Source of the DNA: Rickettsiales bacterium
GTDB taxonomy: Bacteria; Pseudomonadota; Alphaproteobacteria; Rickettsiales; BLZN01
Assembly (NCBI GenBank): GCA_014132315.1
Contig: BLZN01000104.1
Coordinates: forward strand, 35,623-99,622
DNA: 64,000 nt
Direction of reading: 5' to 3'
The translations under genes were made by a program, and so were the position numbers. The notes under the pieces were generated by a model, which worked only from the letters and a program-made list of their open reading frames with translations, made no database searches and was not told the DNA's origin. Shown here piece by piece: positions 41,065 to 51,926 of this stretch (the first letter of the stretch is position 1; every line of letters starts with the position of its first letter).

Positions 41065-41694
41065 TTATTCTCCACTTAAATTAGCAAATTTCATAAAATA
41101 AAGAGGCTCTACCTTGGCTGCTAAGCCAAGCCTAATCTTGTGGTAAGCCATCATTCCGGCAAATACTGCCAGGGGCCTATCAGGACAAACAACGGCAAAG
41201 TCATGTGCAAAATCCTTGCAATCCCCGCCCACCAAGCAATTCTTAGGCATGAGGGACGGTAACTCGGCTGCACTGCACAAAGCAGGGCCACGCATGGAAT
41301 TCAATTTATGATCAAAAATCTGCCCACATAGCTGATCGCGATGAGCCTTGAGTATAACCAATATAGGCAGATTATCTTTGTTGGCAAGACTTACATAAAA
41401 TGCATGTGCCTCAAAATTCGTAATCCCCAATACTCGCTTTTTAGTGACCAATCTCATACCTAAAACAGCAGCCATGCCGACACGTATGCCCGTAAAGCTA
41501 CCAGGTCCGGTCACAACTGCATATGCATCTATATTGCTATGACTATAGCCAGTTTTTCTAAACAATTCATTTAGTAGAGAGAACAAACAATCAGAATGCT
41601 TAGAGTGATCATTCTGGTATCCAATGCAATCAGCAGGGCTGACAAGCGCAACAGAAGAGCCCTCACCAGTGGCATCAACAGAGAGTATATTCAT
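41065..41694 (-). CDS. tsaB: tRNA t6A37 biosynthesis protein TsaB
   Basis: [13 protein letters not shown] and [15 protein letters not shown] motifs of the inactive M22 peptidase homolog. Confidence 0.85.
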   Translation of the reverse strand: MNILSVDATGEGSSVALVSPADCIGYQNDHSKHSDCLFSLLNELFRKTGYSHSNIDAYAVVTGPGSFTGIRVGMAAVLGMRLVTKKRVLGITNFEAHAFYVSLANKDNLPILVILKAHRDQLCGQIFDHKLNSMRGPALCSAAELPSLMPKNCLVGGDCKDFAHDFAVVCPDRPLAVFAGMMAYHKIRLGLAAKVEPLYFMKFANLSGE

Positions 41695-43427
41695 GCGTAG
41701 CGCCTATTGCTCTCCTGCACAGGCACCGACTCCATACTGGGCTCAGCTGCTGCCTCGCCCACCTTATGGTCAGCAGACTTTTCTTTATCAGATCCAAGAT
41801 TATGCGGGATACCAGATTCATAAACTTGCTTTGATCTGCTCTTGGGCCTGGCGAAATATTCAATAACTAGATAAACCACTAAAACTGGGGCAAGAGCTGC
41901 CCCAACCAAGAAAAATAAGAAGAGCTGGATAAATTCCCATGCTCCCTTGCCGCTGGAACGCTTAGGCACCAACACGCGACCAGGCGGCAGCACCGCAGTA
42001 CCTTCTTGCACACCTAGGGCCTGTTTGTCTGCGCCCCTTGCATCATTATCCTCAGCATTCGTATTACCGCTGCTTCCATTAACTTCATTTGGAGCAATTT
42101 CACCTGATGACTCCTCGGTGCTTGGCTGGGGCCCATTTGCAACTAACTCACAACCTGAATCATCTAGCTGATCATCTGACTCATAGCCTGTCTCAAAGCA
42201 ATTTATATCACCTATATTTTTCGTAGTCTTCGTAGTCTTCGTGCCTTTAGAAGCACGAGATAAGAACTGGGGCTTTTGTTGTGATTGAGTAGAGGTAGGA
42301 TGGGCAGAATTCCTGGAAGGTCTCTGTTTGCTTGTTTTGCCTTCCACATCTTCAGCTTCAGTTAGCAAACTAACTCTGCTTTCATCCTGCTTATCTCCAC
42401 CAAAAATCTTTACTCCTTTGGTGCGCTCCACCAAATTAGACAGCTTACCAGATATCTTTTGCCACCAGCGTTTTAAAAAACCGGGTTTCTCAGCGCCTGC
42501 ATCGTCTGTGCTGACAGAATTTAGGTGGGCTTTACAAATTTTATATCTTTCAAGAAGTGCAGCATAAAGCTTATCAATACGCTCAGCAGGGCAACCTGGT
42601 GCTTTTAGCAGAAATGCCTTAGGAGAACCCGTATTACTCGAACTGCTGGTCTCATAAATCAAATCACCAAGAAAACTCTCACATTCTTTTACTGTCTCTT
42701 TAGCAAGCTTAGAAAGGAGAAAAGCTAAGCAATTGGAATGGGGTCTAAGACGCCATCTGATAATTAGTCGAAATGGATCTCGTCCGGTAATGTCAGCTAG
42801 ATAACGATTAAGCTCTTGATCACAAACAATTTTAGCAAATGACTCAGCAGCTTCCTCTCCAGAGAAAAACTGGCTGTGTAATAGCTGACAACGGATCAGC
42901 TCATCATGAACATGATAAATGCATTCATAATAATAAAGTGTATCAGCTTCGCCACTTAACCATTTTTCTCTGAGAGAAGCCAAGCTGGGCAACTTCAGAA
43001 GCCCTAAATTCTTAACATTCTCATCAAATTCCTTGAATTCATTTCTGAGTGAATCCTCGTCTTTGTGGCCGTCTTTATAAGTTTCCAACAAGCCATGTAA
43101 TTCAGCAAACAATATTTCCTGCAAATAAAATGTCTTGATATCCTCTTGAGATATCCGGTTAATATCATTAATAAAATTCTCTAAATCTTTTTGGGAATTA
43201 AAATCACAAGCAAAACCCCTATTATCACTTTGCAGGTTGGCATGACTATTATATTTAGCTATACACCTAAGAAGTGTGCGAATCATTTCGGTATCTAAAC
43301 TGTCACTGAAGAGAAAACCAAAGCCTGAATAATCATTTTTCTCTGCGTGCTCTTTAAGGCACTCTTTGATATGCTCTACTTCTTTGAGCAATATCTGCAA
43401 TTTCTTCTTTATATCTGAATCGTCCAT
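41691..43427 (-). CDS. orphan 578-aa tail-anchored protein (helical N-terminal domain, long disordered Ser/Thr/Gln/Glu-rich linker, single C-terminal TM)
   Basis: Intact ORF overlapping the tsaB start by 4 nt. TM segment FIQLFLFFLVGAALAPVLVVYLVIEYF is encoded at 41853-41933. A 9-nt tandem repeat (cgtagtctt x2.3, 42222-42242) encodes TKTTKTTK. Confidence 0.55.
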   Translation of the reverse strand: MDDSDIKKKLQILLKEVEHIKECLKEHAEKNDYSGFGFLFSDSLDTEMIRTLLRCIAKYNSHANLQSDNRGFACDFNSQKDLENFINDINRISQEDIKTFYLQEILFAELHGLLETYKDGHKDEDSLRNEFKEFDENVKNLGLLKLPSLASLREKWLSGEADTLYYYECIYHVHDELIRCQLLHSQFFSGEEAAESFAKIVCDQELNRYLADITGRDPFRLIIRWRLRPHSNCLAFLLSKLAKETVKECESFLGDLIYETSSSSNTGSPKAFLLKAPGCPAERIDKLYAALLERYKICKAHLNSVSTDDAGAEKPGFLKRWWQKISGKLSNLVERTKGVKIFGGDKQDESRVSLLTEAEDVEGKTSKQRPSRNSAHPTSTQSQQKPQFLSRASKGTKTTKTTKNIGDINCFETGYESDDQLDDSGCELVANGPQPSTEESSGEIAPNEVNGSSGNTNAEDNDARGADKQALGVQEGTAVLPPGRVLVPKRSSGKGAWEFIQLFLFFLVGAALAPVLVVYLVIEYFARPKSRSKQVYESGIPHNLGSDKEKSADHKVGEAAAEPSMESVPVQESNRRYA

Positions 43428-43548
43428 AATCTTTCTCTCATCTATATGTAAAGATATAAAATGTTATTGATTATAAGTCCAAAATATTATAAAAGGCAAG
43501 AGAAAAATTAAATAAGATTTTGACTTTTTTAAAATAAAGATTGTTTTA

Positions 43549-43577
43549 TTGCAATAAAATAATTAGCGCTGTATATT
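43549..43577 (+). promoter_or_regulatory. sigma70-like promoter candidate for tRNA-Leu (and possibly tig)
   Basis: TTGCAA - 17 nt - TATATT, ending 42 nt upstream of the tRNA 5' end. Confidence 0.4.
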
Positions 43578-43618
43578 ACAAATTGTTTATTTCCCGCTGT
43601 GTAAGTTAACACGTATAG

Positions 43619-43703
43619 GCGGATGTGGCGGAATTGGTAGACGCGCTAGGTTTAGGTCCTAGTGAGGCGACTCTTGGGGGTTCGAGTCCCTTCATCCGCA
43701 CCA
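43619..43703 (+). tRNA. tRNA-Leu (anticodon UAG), class II with a long variable arm and encoded CCA
   Basis: Acceptor GCGGATG/CATCCGC; D arm GCGG-AATTGGTAGA-CGC; anticodon stem CTAGG/CCTAG with loop TTTAGGT (anticodon TAG); T loop TTCGAGT; 3' ACCA. Confidence 0.93.
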
Positions 43704-43716
43704 AAAATGGTATGTT

Positions 43717-44997
43717 ATGAGCACAAATTTTGAAGAGATCACCAGCCAAGGGCTAAAACGCGAATATAAAATCGTAGTAGCATCCGAGGTGATAAAAAAG
43801 GAGGTTGACGAGAACCTGAACAAGGCGCTTAAATCCTTCAATCCGCCTGGATTCCGCTCAGGTAAAGCACCGATTAGCCTGATAGAAAAAATGGATAAAA
43901 ATAGCATTGTGGCCATTAGAGAGAAAGTGGTGGAGAAGGCGGTGAGAGATGGCTTTAAAAAACTGGTTGATGAATCTAACTTAGAGCCGGTAGATGCACC
44001 AAAAATAGAGCTAAGCCCCGCTTACAAAAACCTGGAAAAAGACCTGCCAAAGGAAGATCTGGAGTTCACTGCCAAATTCGAAGTAATGCCCAATATTGAT
44101 GACTATAATTGGTCAGATTTAACCATGGAGGATTTTATCTCAGATATTTCTGATGAGGAAATCAAAGAAAAAATAGCAGAGGTAATGCAGAACCATAAAA
44201 ATTTTGTTAGAAAAAAAGATAAAATCTCAGCAATGGGAGATATGCTCAAAATTAATTTTGAAGGGAGAATCAAAAATAAATTGGTTCCCGGCTGCAAGGG
44301 AGAAAATGTTTCGGTGGAGCTCCTGCCCGGTAAGTTGCTACCAGAATTCGAGGAAAAACTAATTGGCAGAAAAGAAGGAGATAAGCTAACCTTTGGCGTG
44401 ATACTTCCGCCAAGCCATCCTACTCTGGCAGGCAAAAGCACCGATTTCGCAGTAGAAATAATCGAAATATATGAAGATGAAAAAATATCAGATACCGATT
44501 CCTTCTGTAAAAAGCTAGGATATAAAAATGAAGATGAGCTCAAAAAACGCATAGAAGGGGATCTGCAAAGAGAATGCAAGCAAATTTCTAGAACGCTAAA
44601 GGAAAAACGTATCATAAAAACAATAGAAGAGAATTTTAACTTCGAGTTGCCGGCTGTCTTCTTAAAAAATGAATCTTTAGAAGAAAATCAGGAGCAGGAT
44701 GAGAAGAATAAGAACAAAATCAGATTGTCAATGGTTTTGGATAAAATCAGCAGAGATAACGGAATAACCGTCACGGCAGAAGATCTAAAAGTTTTCATCG
44801 CTGGGCAAGCCATAAGCAGCGGCAGCGACATCAAGCAGCTTGCTAATTTTTACAAGAAAAATCCTAACTCTGTAGCGGAAACAAAAAATTTATTACTGGA
44901 AAGAAAAATATTTGACTTTATAATGAGCAAAGTCAAAAAAATGGAAAAGAAAATAAGCTACAAAGAGCTAAAGGCAATGCTTAACACAGAAATTTAA
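43717..44997 (+). CDS. tig: trigger factor
   Basis: 426 aa. N-terminal ribosome-binding signature GFRSGKAP. Conserved position upstream of clpP-clpX. Confidence 0.9.
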   Translation: MSTNFEEITSQGLKREYKIVVASEVIKKEVDENLNKALKSFNPPGFRSGKAPISLIEKMDKNSIVAIREKVVEKAVRDGFKKLVDESNLEPVDAPKIELSPAYKNLEKDLPKEDLEFTAKFEVMPNIDDYNWSDLTMEDFISDISDEEIKEKIAEVMQNHKNFVRKKDKISAMGDMLKINFEGRIKNKLVPGCKGENVSVELLPGKLLPEFEEKLIGRKEGDKLTFGVILPPSHPTLAGKSTDFAVEIIEIYEDEKISDTDSFCKKLGYKNEDELKKRIEGDLQRECKQISRTLKEKRIIKTIEENFNFELPAVFLKNESLEENQEQDEKNKNKIRLSMVLDKISRDNGITVTAEDLKVFIAGQAISSGSDIKQLANFYKKNPNSVAETKNLLLERKIFDFIMSKVKKMEKKISYKELKAMLNTEI

Positions 44998-45020
44998 ATT
45001 CATATAAAAAGGAATCTCTA

Positions 45021-45623
45021 ATGAGTCTAGTACCGATAGTAATTGAGCAAACTAACAAAGGAGAGCGCTCCTACGACATATATTCTCGCCTCCTAAAGGA
45101 CAGAATAGTTCTGCTTGTTGGGCCAATTGAAGATCATATGGCCAGCTTAATTGTGGCACAGCTACTATACCTGGAATCAGAAGATTGCGAAAAAGACATA
45201 CATATGTATATAAATTCTCCTGGTGGGGTTATAACATCTGGTCTCTCGATATATGATACTATGCAGTACATAAAACCCAAAGTATCTACTCTCTGCATAG
45301 GCCAAGCAGCATCTATGGGGTCGCTGCTGCTTGCTGGGGGGGCACCTGGCAAAAGAGGGGCCCTGCCTAACGCACGCATAATGATCCACCAACCTCACGG
45401 AGGGGCACAAGGGCAGGCGAGTGACATTGAGATACAGGCTCAGGAAATTATATATCAGAAGCGCAAATTAAGCGAAATATATGCAAAACACACAGGTAAA
45501 TCAGTAAAATCTATCGAAAAGGATATAGATCGTGATAATTTTATGAGACCGGCAGATGCAAAAGATTACGGCTTAATTGATAAAGTAATAGAAGTAAGAC
45601 ACACAGATAGCAAAGCAAAATAA
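45021..45623 (+). CDS. clpP: ATP-dependent Clp protease proteolytic subunit
   Basis: [15 protein letters not shown], active-site GQAASMGS and MIHQP motifs. Confidence 0.96.
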   Translation: MSLVPIVIEQTNKGERSYDIYSRLLKDRIVLLVGPIEDHMASLIVAQLLYLESEDCEKDIHMYINSPGGVITSGLSIYDTMQYIKPKVSTLCIGQAASMGSLLLAGGAPGKRGALPNARIMIHQPHGGAQGQASDIEIQAQEIIYQKRKLSEIYAKHTGKSVKSIEKDIDRDNFMRPADAKDYGLIDKVIEVRHTDSKAK

Positions 45624-45632
45624 TCAGGAATA

Positions 45633-46871
45633 ATGAGTAAATCCAAAAATCCAGGGACAGAAAAAATGCTTAATTGCTCATTTTGCGGCAAAAATCAAAA
45701 TGAAGTAATTAGGCTAGTCGCGGGCCCTACCGTGTTTATATGCAATGAGTGTATTGAATTCTGTTATGACATAATCAAAGAGGATAATAGAAAGCAAAGC
45801 GACGACAAAGACATAATCGTTCCTAAGCCTAAAGCAATAACTGAAGCACTGAACGAATATATAATTGGCCAGGAAAAAGCAAAACGCATACTGTCTGTTG
45901 CTGTTTATAATCATTACAAGCGCATACTGAATAAACACAATGCAGATGGGGTTGAGCTATTCAAGTCCAATATATTGCTTATCGGGCCCACTGGCTGCGG
46001 AAAAACCTTATTTGCCCAGACACTCGCAAAGATACTGAATGTTCCATTTGCCATTGCTGATGCCACCTCCTTAACTGAGGCGGGATATGTGGGAGAAGAT
46101 GTAGAAAATGTAATATTAAGACTACTGCAAGCAGCAGACAATAAAGTTGAAGCTGCGCAAAAAGGTATAATATATATAGATGAAATAGATAAAATTGCCC
46201 GCAAATCAGAAAGTCCTTCTATTACGCGCGATGTCTCGGGAGAGGGTGTGCAACAGGCTCTGCTTAAGCTCATTGAAGGCACAGTTGCCATGGTACCTCA
46301 GCAAAGTGGACGTAAATATCCGCAGCAAGACTTCATTCAAGTCGACACGACTGACATATTGTTCATATGCAGTGGCGCTTTTTCTGGGCTAGAAGAAATT
46401 ATATCCGCCAGAATACGAGGCAGGACCATTGGTTTCGGCGCAAATGTAGAGAAAAATCAGCGTTTGCAAAACGACAATATTCGGCAATATATCCAGCCAG
46501 AAGACCTGGTAAAATATGGCTTAATCCCGGAATTCGTTGGCAGACTGCCAGTAATATCAATTTTGGATAGCCTTGATAAGGCAAGCCTGATAAGCATCTT
46601 AACAGAGCCAAAAAACGCTCTCATTAAACAATATCAATTCCTATTCAAAATAGATGGCACAGAATTAAAATTTTTAGATCAGGCGCTTGATTTAATCGCT
46701 GAGGAGGCCCTAAAAAGAGGAACCGGCGCACGCGCCTTAAGATCCATGATGGAGGATATATTACTGGATTTCATGTTTGATATACCCAGTCATTGCAATC
46801 CAATCGCAATAACAGGAAAAATTGTAAAAGATAAGATCAGCAAAAAAATCAAAAAACTAGCAAATACCTAG
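45633..46871 (+). CDS. clpX: ATP-dependent Clp protease ATP-binding subunit ClpX
   Basis: Zn-finger CSFCGK...CNEC, Walker A GPTGCGKT and IYIDEIDK motifs. Confidence 0.96.
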   Translation: MSKSKNPGTEKMLNCSFCGKNQNEVIRLVAGPTVFICNECIEFCYDIIKEDNRKQSDDKDIIVPKPKAITEALNEYIIGQEKAKRILSVAVYNHYKRILNKHNADGVELFKSNILLIGPTGCGKTLFAQTLAKILNVPFAIADATSLTEAGYVGEDVENVILRLLQAADNKVEAAQKGIIYIDEIDKIARKSESPSITRDVSGEGVQQALLKLIEGTVAMVPQQSGRKYPQQDFIQVDTTDILFICSGAFSGLEEIISARIRGRTIGFGANVEKNQRLQNDNIRQYIQPEDLVKYGLIPEFVGRLPVISILDSLDKASLISILTEPKNALIKQYQFLFKIDGTELKFLDQALDLIAEEALKRGTGARALRSMMEDILLDFMFDIPSHCNPIAITGKIVKDKISKKIKKLANT

Positions 46872-46996
46872 CAAATACTGCTTTTGCTGTTCCGAATTAT
46901 ACCTTATATACACAAGGTTTGCTCTTTAATCTTGAAAACAGACTATTTCATCGATAAATATAATAATAACTCCTTATAACCAATCAAAGAACCTGC

Positions 46997-49378
46997 ATGA
47001 AGGATATTTCACATACACAATCTTACCCAGCATTGCCACTAAGAGACATGGTTGCCTTTCCAGGCATGGTTGTACCTCTATTTATATGTAGGGAGAAATC
47101 GATCAATGCACTCGAGGCAGCAACGAAAAATGACAATAAAATACTATTAGTGGCACAAAAAGATCCTGCAATAGAAAGCTATCCTGCTGCTCAAGATTTG
47201 TATGAAGTAGGGTCATTAGCAACTATACTCTCTTTGCTGAAGCTGCCTGATGGCACTGCAAAAGCTCTGCTTGAAGGCACCAACAGAGCTAAAATCATTA
47301 ACTATACTGAGGGCGAGGACTATCACAGCGCCTTCATTGAAGTAATAGAAGAAAACACAGAAGATTCGGAGGATTTAGAGAAATTAAAAAAATCAGTAGC
47401 AGAAAAATTTAGTAGCTGCGCGAAACTTAACAACAGAATATCGGCAGAAGTGCTAAGCGCAGTAATGCAAATAGAACATCCAGGGAAGCTATCTGATACG
47501 ATCGCGCTGCATCTTGCACTAAAAAATAGTGAAAAACAAAAGATACTAGGGACCTTTGATATAGCGGAAAGGCTAGAAAATATTTATGAATTAATGAAAT
47601 CAGAAATTAATGCGCTAGATACCGAAAAACACATACGCAATCGCGTTAAGCTGCAAATGGAAAAAACGCAAAAAGAATATTATCTAAATGAGCAGCTAAA
47701 AGCAATCCAAAGGGAGCTGGGCGAGAGCGATAATGGAGCCTCAAGCGAGATCCAGGAAATAGAGCAAAAAATCAATGCAAAGCCTTTGTCAGCCGAAGCA
47801 AAGGAAAAAGCTCTAGCTGAGCTCAAAAAGCTGCAGGCTATGAGCCCCATGTCAGCCGAAGCAACGGTTGTGCGTAACTATCTAGATTGGATCCTATCGA
47901 TCCCCTGGGAAGAAAAAACACCTATTAGAAAGAATCTTGGCACTGCTCAAAAAATTTTAGATAAGGGCCACTATGGCATGAAAAAAGCCAAGGAACGCAT
48001 AATAGAATATCTGGCTGTGCAACAAAAATCCAAAAAAATCAAGGGTTCTATTTTATGCCTGGTAGGACCCCCGGGAGTCGGCAAGACCTCGCTGGCTAAG
48101 TCTATGGCAGCTGCTACGGGCAGAAAATTCGTCCGTATGTCGCTAGGCGGTGTCAAAGATGAATCTGAAATCAGAGGACATAGAAGAACCTACATAGGGT
48201 CAATGCCGGGGAAAATCATCCAATGCATGAAAAAAGCCAAGTCCATAAATCCGCTGTTCCTGCTGGATGAAATCGACAAGATGGGCGCGGATTTCAGGGG
48301 AGATCCAGCGGCTGCGCTGCTTGAGGTGCTAGACCCCGAGCATAATAAACACTTTGTAGATCATCATCTTGAGGTTGAATATGATTTGTCGCATATCATG
48401 TTTGTTGCCACTGCGAATACTATAGTTGGCTTAGCCAGACCTTTGCTAGACCGCATGGAAATAATCAATATATCCGGCTATACAGAAGATGAAAAAATAA
48501 AAATCGCTAATTTGCATTTAATAGATAAACAAAAGAAACTCCACGGACTCAAAAAAAAGGAATGGGAAATATCAGGAAGTGCGATACGTTCGTTAATACG
48601 TCTCTATACTCGTGAGAGCGGGGTTAGGGGCCTAGAAAGAGAGCTGGCAAATTTAACCAGAAAAGCAACAAAAGAAATTCTCACATCTAAAAAAACAGAA
48701 TCAATAAAGGTCACAACAAAAAATTTGGGCAAATATTCAGGCTTACCTAAATTTTCATATGGCACTGCAGAAAAAAAAGATCTGGTCGGGGTAGTTTCAG
48801 GGCTTGCATATACAGAAGCAGGAGGTGACTTACTATATATAGAGGCAGTATCAATCCCTGGAGAAAGGGGAATAAAATATACGGGCAAACTAGGCGAGGT
48901 GATGCAAGAATCAGTGAAGGCAGCATATAGCTATGCCTGCTCCAGATGCTTTGATTTTGGCTTTACGACTGAAGATTTTCAAAATAAAGAGATACATGTG
49001 CATGTGCCAGAAGGGGCAACTCCTAAGGATGGACCGTCAGCAGGCGTTGCAATGTGCGTTACTATAGTTTCAGTGCTTAATTCTATACCAATTCGTTGTT
49101 CGGTGGCGATGACAGGCGAAATTACTCTGCGTGGGCGGATTTTGGCAATAGGGGGCTTGAAAGAAAAATTGCTGGCTGCATTGAGAGGAGGAATAGAAAC
49201 AGTGCTGATCCCTAAAGAAAATGAGAAGGATCTGTCTGAGATGCCACAAAATATCATAAAGGCTTTGAAGATTATCCCAGTTTCGAATGTGGATGATGCC
49301 CTAAAGCTCGCTCTACAAAAAGCATCAAAACCTCTAGCAAAAAGAAATGTCAGCTCTAAGACACCAAAAGAAGAATAA
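46997..49378 (+). CDS. lon: Lon protease
   Basis: LON N-terminal domain, Walker A GPPGVGKTS, and proteolytic PKDGPSAG with the catalytic Ser. Confidence 0.96.
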   Translation: MKDISHTQSYPALPLRDMVAFPGMVVPLFICREKSINALEAATKNDNKILLVAQKDPAIESYPAAQDLYEVGSLATILSLLKLPDGTAKALLEGTNRAKIINYTEGEDYHSAFIEVIEENTEDSEDLEKLKKSVAEKFSSCAKLNNRISAEVLSAVMQIEHPGKLSDTIALHLALKNSEKQKILGTFDIAERLENIYELMKSEINALDTEKHIRNRVKLQMEKTQKEYYLNEQLKAIQRELGESDNGASSEIQEIEQKINAKPLSAEAKEKALAELKKLQAMSPMSAEATVVRNYLDWILSIPWEEKTPIRKNLGTAQKILDKGHYGMKKAKERIIEYLAVQQKSKKIKGSILCLVGPPGVGKTSLAKSMAAATGRKFVRMSLGGVKDESEIRGHRRTYIGSMPGKIIQCMKKAKSINPLFLLDEIDKMGADFRGDPAAALLEVLDPEHNKHFVDHHLEVEYDLSHIMFVATANTIVGLARPLLDRMEIINISGYTEDEKIKIANLHLIDKQKKLHGLKKKEWEISGSAIRSLIRLYTRESGVRGLERELANLTRKATKEILTSKKTESIKVTTKNLGKYSGLPKFSYGTAEKKDLVGVVSGLAYTEAGGDLLYIEAVSIPGERGIKYTGKLGEVMQESVKAAYSYACSRCFDFGFTTEDFQNKEIHVHVPEGATPKDGPSAGVAMCVTIVSVLNSIPIRCSVAMTGEITLRGRILAIGGLKEKLLAALRGGIETVLIPKENEKDLSEMPQNIIKALKIIPVSNVDDALKLALQKASKPLAKRNVSSKTPKEE

Positions 49379-49508
49379 AATATTTACCCTGTGTTATAAA
49401 AGACACAATTAGAAATATACACTTCGATATCTCAATAACTAGTTAATTTACCTTGATTTTATATCTAGAGTATGCTTACTTGATTTAGGCTATGTCTTTG
49501 AGGTAATA

Positions 49509-49784
49509 ATGAACAAAAGTGAGCTAATTAACGCAATAGCAGCACGCTCTGGGGTATCTAGGAAAATTGTTGAGCAAGTTTTTTCCGCACTTATAGAAGT
49601 AATAAAGGATACTCTCAGAAGAGGAGAGAAGATACGTCTGGTTGGAATACTGTTGATAGAGGTAGTGCAAAGAGCAGCAAAAAAAGGGCGCAACCCAAGA
49701 ACAGGAGTAGAAATAAATATCCCTGCTACAAAACAAATAAGGTTTAAGTCAGGGAAACAGCTGAAAGATGCAGTAAATCAATAG
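49509..49784 (+). CDS. hupB: HU-family DNA-binding protein (divergent core motif)
   Basis: MNKSELI..., GRNPRTG.EI.IPA and F..GK.LKDAV motifs. The usual VGFG(T/S)F is replaced by VGILLI. Confidence 0.88.
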   Translation: MNKSELINAIAARSGVSRKIVEQVFSALIEVIKDTLRRGEKIRLVGILLIEVVQRAAKKGRNPRTGVEINIPATKQIRFKSGKQLKDAVNQ

Positions 49785-49792
49785 CAAGATTT

Positions 49793-51097
49793 ATGCAAAA
49801 AGAAAAGTGTGCTTATGTTAACGCAAGGTTAATAGACCCAGAATCAAATTTTGATATGCAGGGCAGTCTACTAACCGAGGGTGAGCATATAGTAGATTTT
49901 GGCACATCGCTATTTAGATCAGGGGTGCCAGATAGCATAAGCAAGGTTATTGACTGTAGGGGTATGGCGCTGATTCCTGGTATCGTGGATATTCACACGC
50001 ACCTTCGCGAGCCTGGTCAAGAGCATAAAGAAACAATCAAAACAGGCACAAAGGCGGCGGCGGCAGGCGGTGTTACTACAATTGCCTGCCAGCCAAACAC
50101 ATATCCTCCGGTTGATAATCTAGGCACTCTCAGCATTCTGCAAGAAAAAGCCAGGCTGCATTCTTGCGTTAATCTTCGCACCTATGCCGCAATAACCAAG
50201 GGGCTGAAAGGCGAGGAACTAACGGACATGCATAGCCTGAAAGAGGCAGGAGTGATCGGATTTAGCGATGATGGAATGCCGGTCAGCAATCCGGCGGTGA
50301 TGCGTTTTGCTCTCAGCTACGGCTCAATGCTGGATGTGCCTATCGCACAGCACGCAGAAGATCATGCGCTCACAGCTGGAGGCTGCATAAATGAGGGGCA
50401 TGTGTCAGAGAAGCTGGGGGTTGTTGGAATACCGAATTCTTCGGAAGCCGCAATAGTCGCACGAGATATAATGCTCTGCAAGGAAACCGACAGCTATTAT
50501 CACGCTCTACATCTTTCTACCAAAGAAGCATTAGCAGCGGTGGCGCAGGCAAAGGAACAGGGCCTGAATGTTACCTGCGAGGTAACCCCGCATCATTTCA
50601 TCTTAAACGAAGAAGAGGTGCTTAAAAGCGGCACTCTTGCGAAGATGAACCCCCCCCTGCGTAGCGAAGAAGACAGAAAAGCCCTGATAGAGGGGCTAAG
50701 GACAGGGATAATCGACTGCATTGCTAGCGACCACGCGCCGCATGAACCATCTGCTAAAAATTTGCCCTTGTCGCAGGCGGCATTCGGCATAGTAGGCTTA
50801 GAAACGCTGCTGCCTCTTTCGCTCAAGTTATACCACGAAGGTATTATGCCCCTGCGCGATGTGCTTACTAAGCTGACTTATAAGCCGGCAGACATAATAA
50901 AAGAACGAGCTGGGCGCATTAAGCGCAACTACAGAGCAGATCTAGCCTTGGTTGATTTAGACCGTGAATGGACAATTAATACTGCCAAGTTTGCCAGTAA
51001 ATCGAAAAATTCTCCTTTTGATGGATATAAAGTTAGAGGCAAAGTGCTCAGAACGGTAGTGCGTGGCAAAACTGTATATGAAGATTGCGACGCTTAG
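49793..51097 (+). CDS. pyrC: dihydroorotase
   Basis: Amidohydrolase metal-binding motifs DIHTHLREPG and ASDHAPH; 434 aa. Confidence 0.88.
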   Translation: MQKEKCAYVNARLIDPESNFDMQGSLLTEGEHIVDFGTSLFRSGVPDSISKVIDCRGMALIPGIVDIHTHLREPGQEHKETIKTGTKAAAAGGVTTIACQPNTYPPVDNLGTLSILQEKARLHSCVNLRTYAAITKGLKGEELTDMHSLKEAGVIGFSDDGMPVSNPAVMRFALSYGSMLDVPIAQHAEDHALTAGGCINEGHVSEKLGVVGIPNSSEAAIVARDIMLCKETDSYYHALHLSTKEALAAVAQAKEQGLNVTCEVTPHHFILNEEEVLKSGTLAKMNPPLRSEEDRKALIEGLRTGIIDCIASDHAPHEPSAKNLPLSQAAFGIVGLETLLPLSLKLYHEGIMPLRDVLTKLTYKPADIIKERAGRIKRNYRADLALVDLDREWTINTAKFASKSKNSPFDGYKVRGKVLRTVVRGKTVYEDCDA

Positions 51098-51171
51098 AAA
51101 GTTTCAAGATTTGACATTGCATAATATTTATATTATGTATCCGGCAAAACAATCTGAAGGAACTCCGGACA

Positions 51172-51783
51172 TTAATTTGAGTTAAGGAACTCCTCCCTAA
51201 CCTTAGTATCTTCACGAAATACGCCCAGCATACAGCTAGTTCTCATGATTGTTTCTTTTTTGCGCGTACCCCTATAAGACATACAATGATGGGTCGCATT
51301 GATGAGCACTCCTACGCCCCTGGGCTTGAGCACTCTATATATCGTCTCAGCTATCTGAGCTGTTAATCTCTCCTGTATCTGCAGCCTCCTTGCATAAGCA
51401 TCAACCAAACGCGCAATCTTGCTGATTCCCACGATCCTGCCTGCTGGAATATAAGCAACGCTTACTTTGCCAATTATAGGTAATACATGGTGCTCGCAGC
51501 AGGACTCAAAACCTATATCACGCAAAACTATCATTTCATCGTATCCATCAGCCTCATAGGAAGCCTGCTTGAGCAGCATCTCAGGCTCAATATCGTAGCC
51601 AGAAAAAGCCTCCAAATAATAATCTAGCACTCTTCTGGGAGTCTCAAGCAGACCCTTGCGATAAGGATCATCACCCGCCCAGCTGATTAGGGTTTTGACT
51701 GCATTTTCTGCCTCTAATCTAGAGGGCTTGGTTTTCAATTTATTATCTATCTTTAAAACAGCCATAACCTGATAACTGCACAA
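51172..51783 (-). CDS. folE: GTP cyclohydrolase I
   Basis: TPRRV, CEHHVLP and the HHC motif (ATHHCM) of FolE. An alternative start lies at the ATG 18 nt downstream. Confidence 0.92.
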   Translation of the reverse strand: MCSYQVMAVLKIDNKLKTKPSRLEAENAVKTLISWAGDDPYRKGLLETPRRVLDYYLEAFSGYDIEPEMLLKQASYEADGYDEMIVLRDIGFESCCEHHVLPIIGKVSVAYIPAGRIVGISKIARLVDAYARRLQIQERLTAQIAETIYRVLKPRGVGVLINATHHCMSYRGTRKKETIMRTSCMLGVFREDTKVREEFLNSN

Positions 51784-51926
51784 TCAACTAACAATTTACT
51801 TAAAAAATGTAAACAACGCAACTGCGTAAATATTGCCTCAAATCACTCAAACATTATCCGGGGCATAAGTTGACAACAAAATAAGAGATTGTATTATTAA
51901 ACTTATAAAGTCTAATGTAGAACCAA

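Noticed and set aside
46931-46960. CTTGAAA upstream of lon, which resembles a sigma32 -35 element.
   Set aside because: The expected -10 (CCCCATNT or alphaproteobacterial CYTATNT) at the right spacing is not matched; the sequence there is tcgataaat. The nearby TATAAT is 21 nt away, too far for sigma70. I could not support a specific promoter call.
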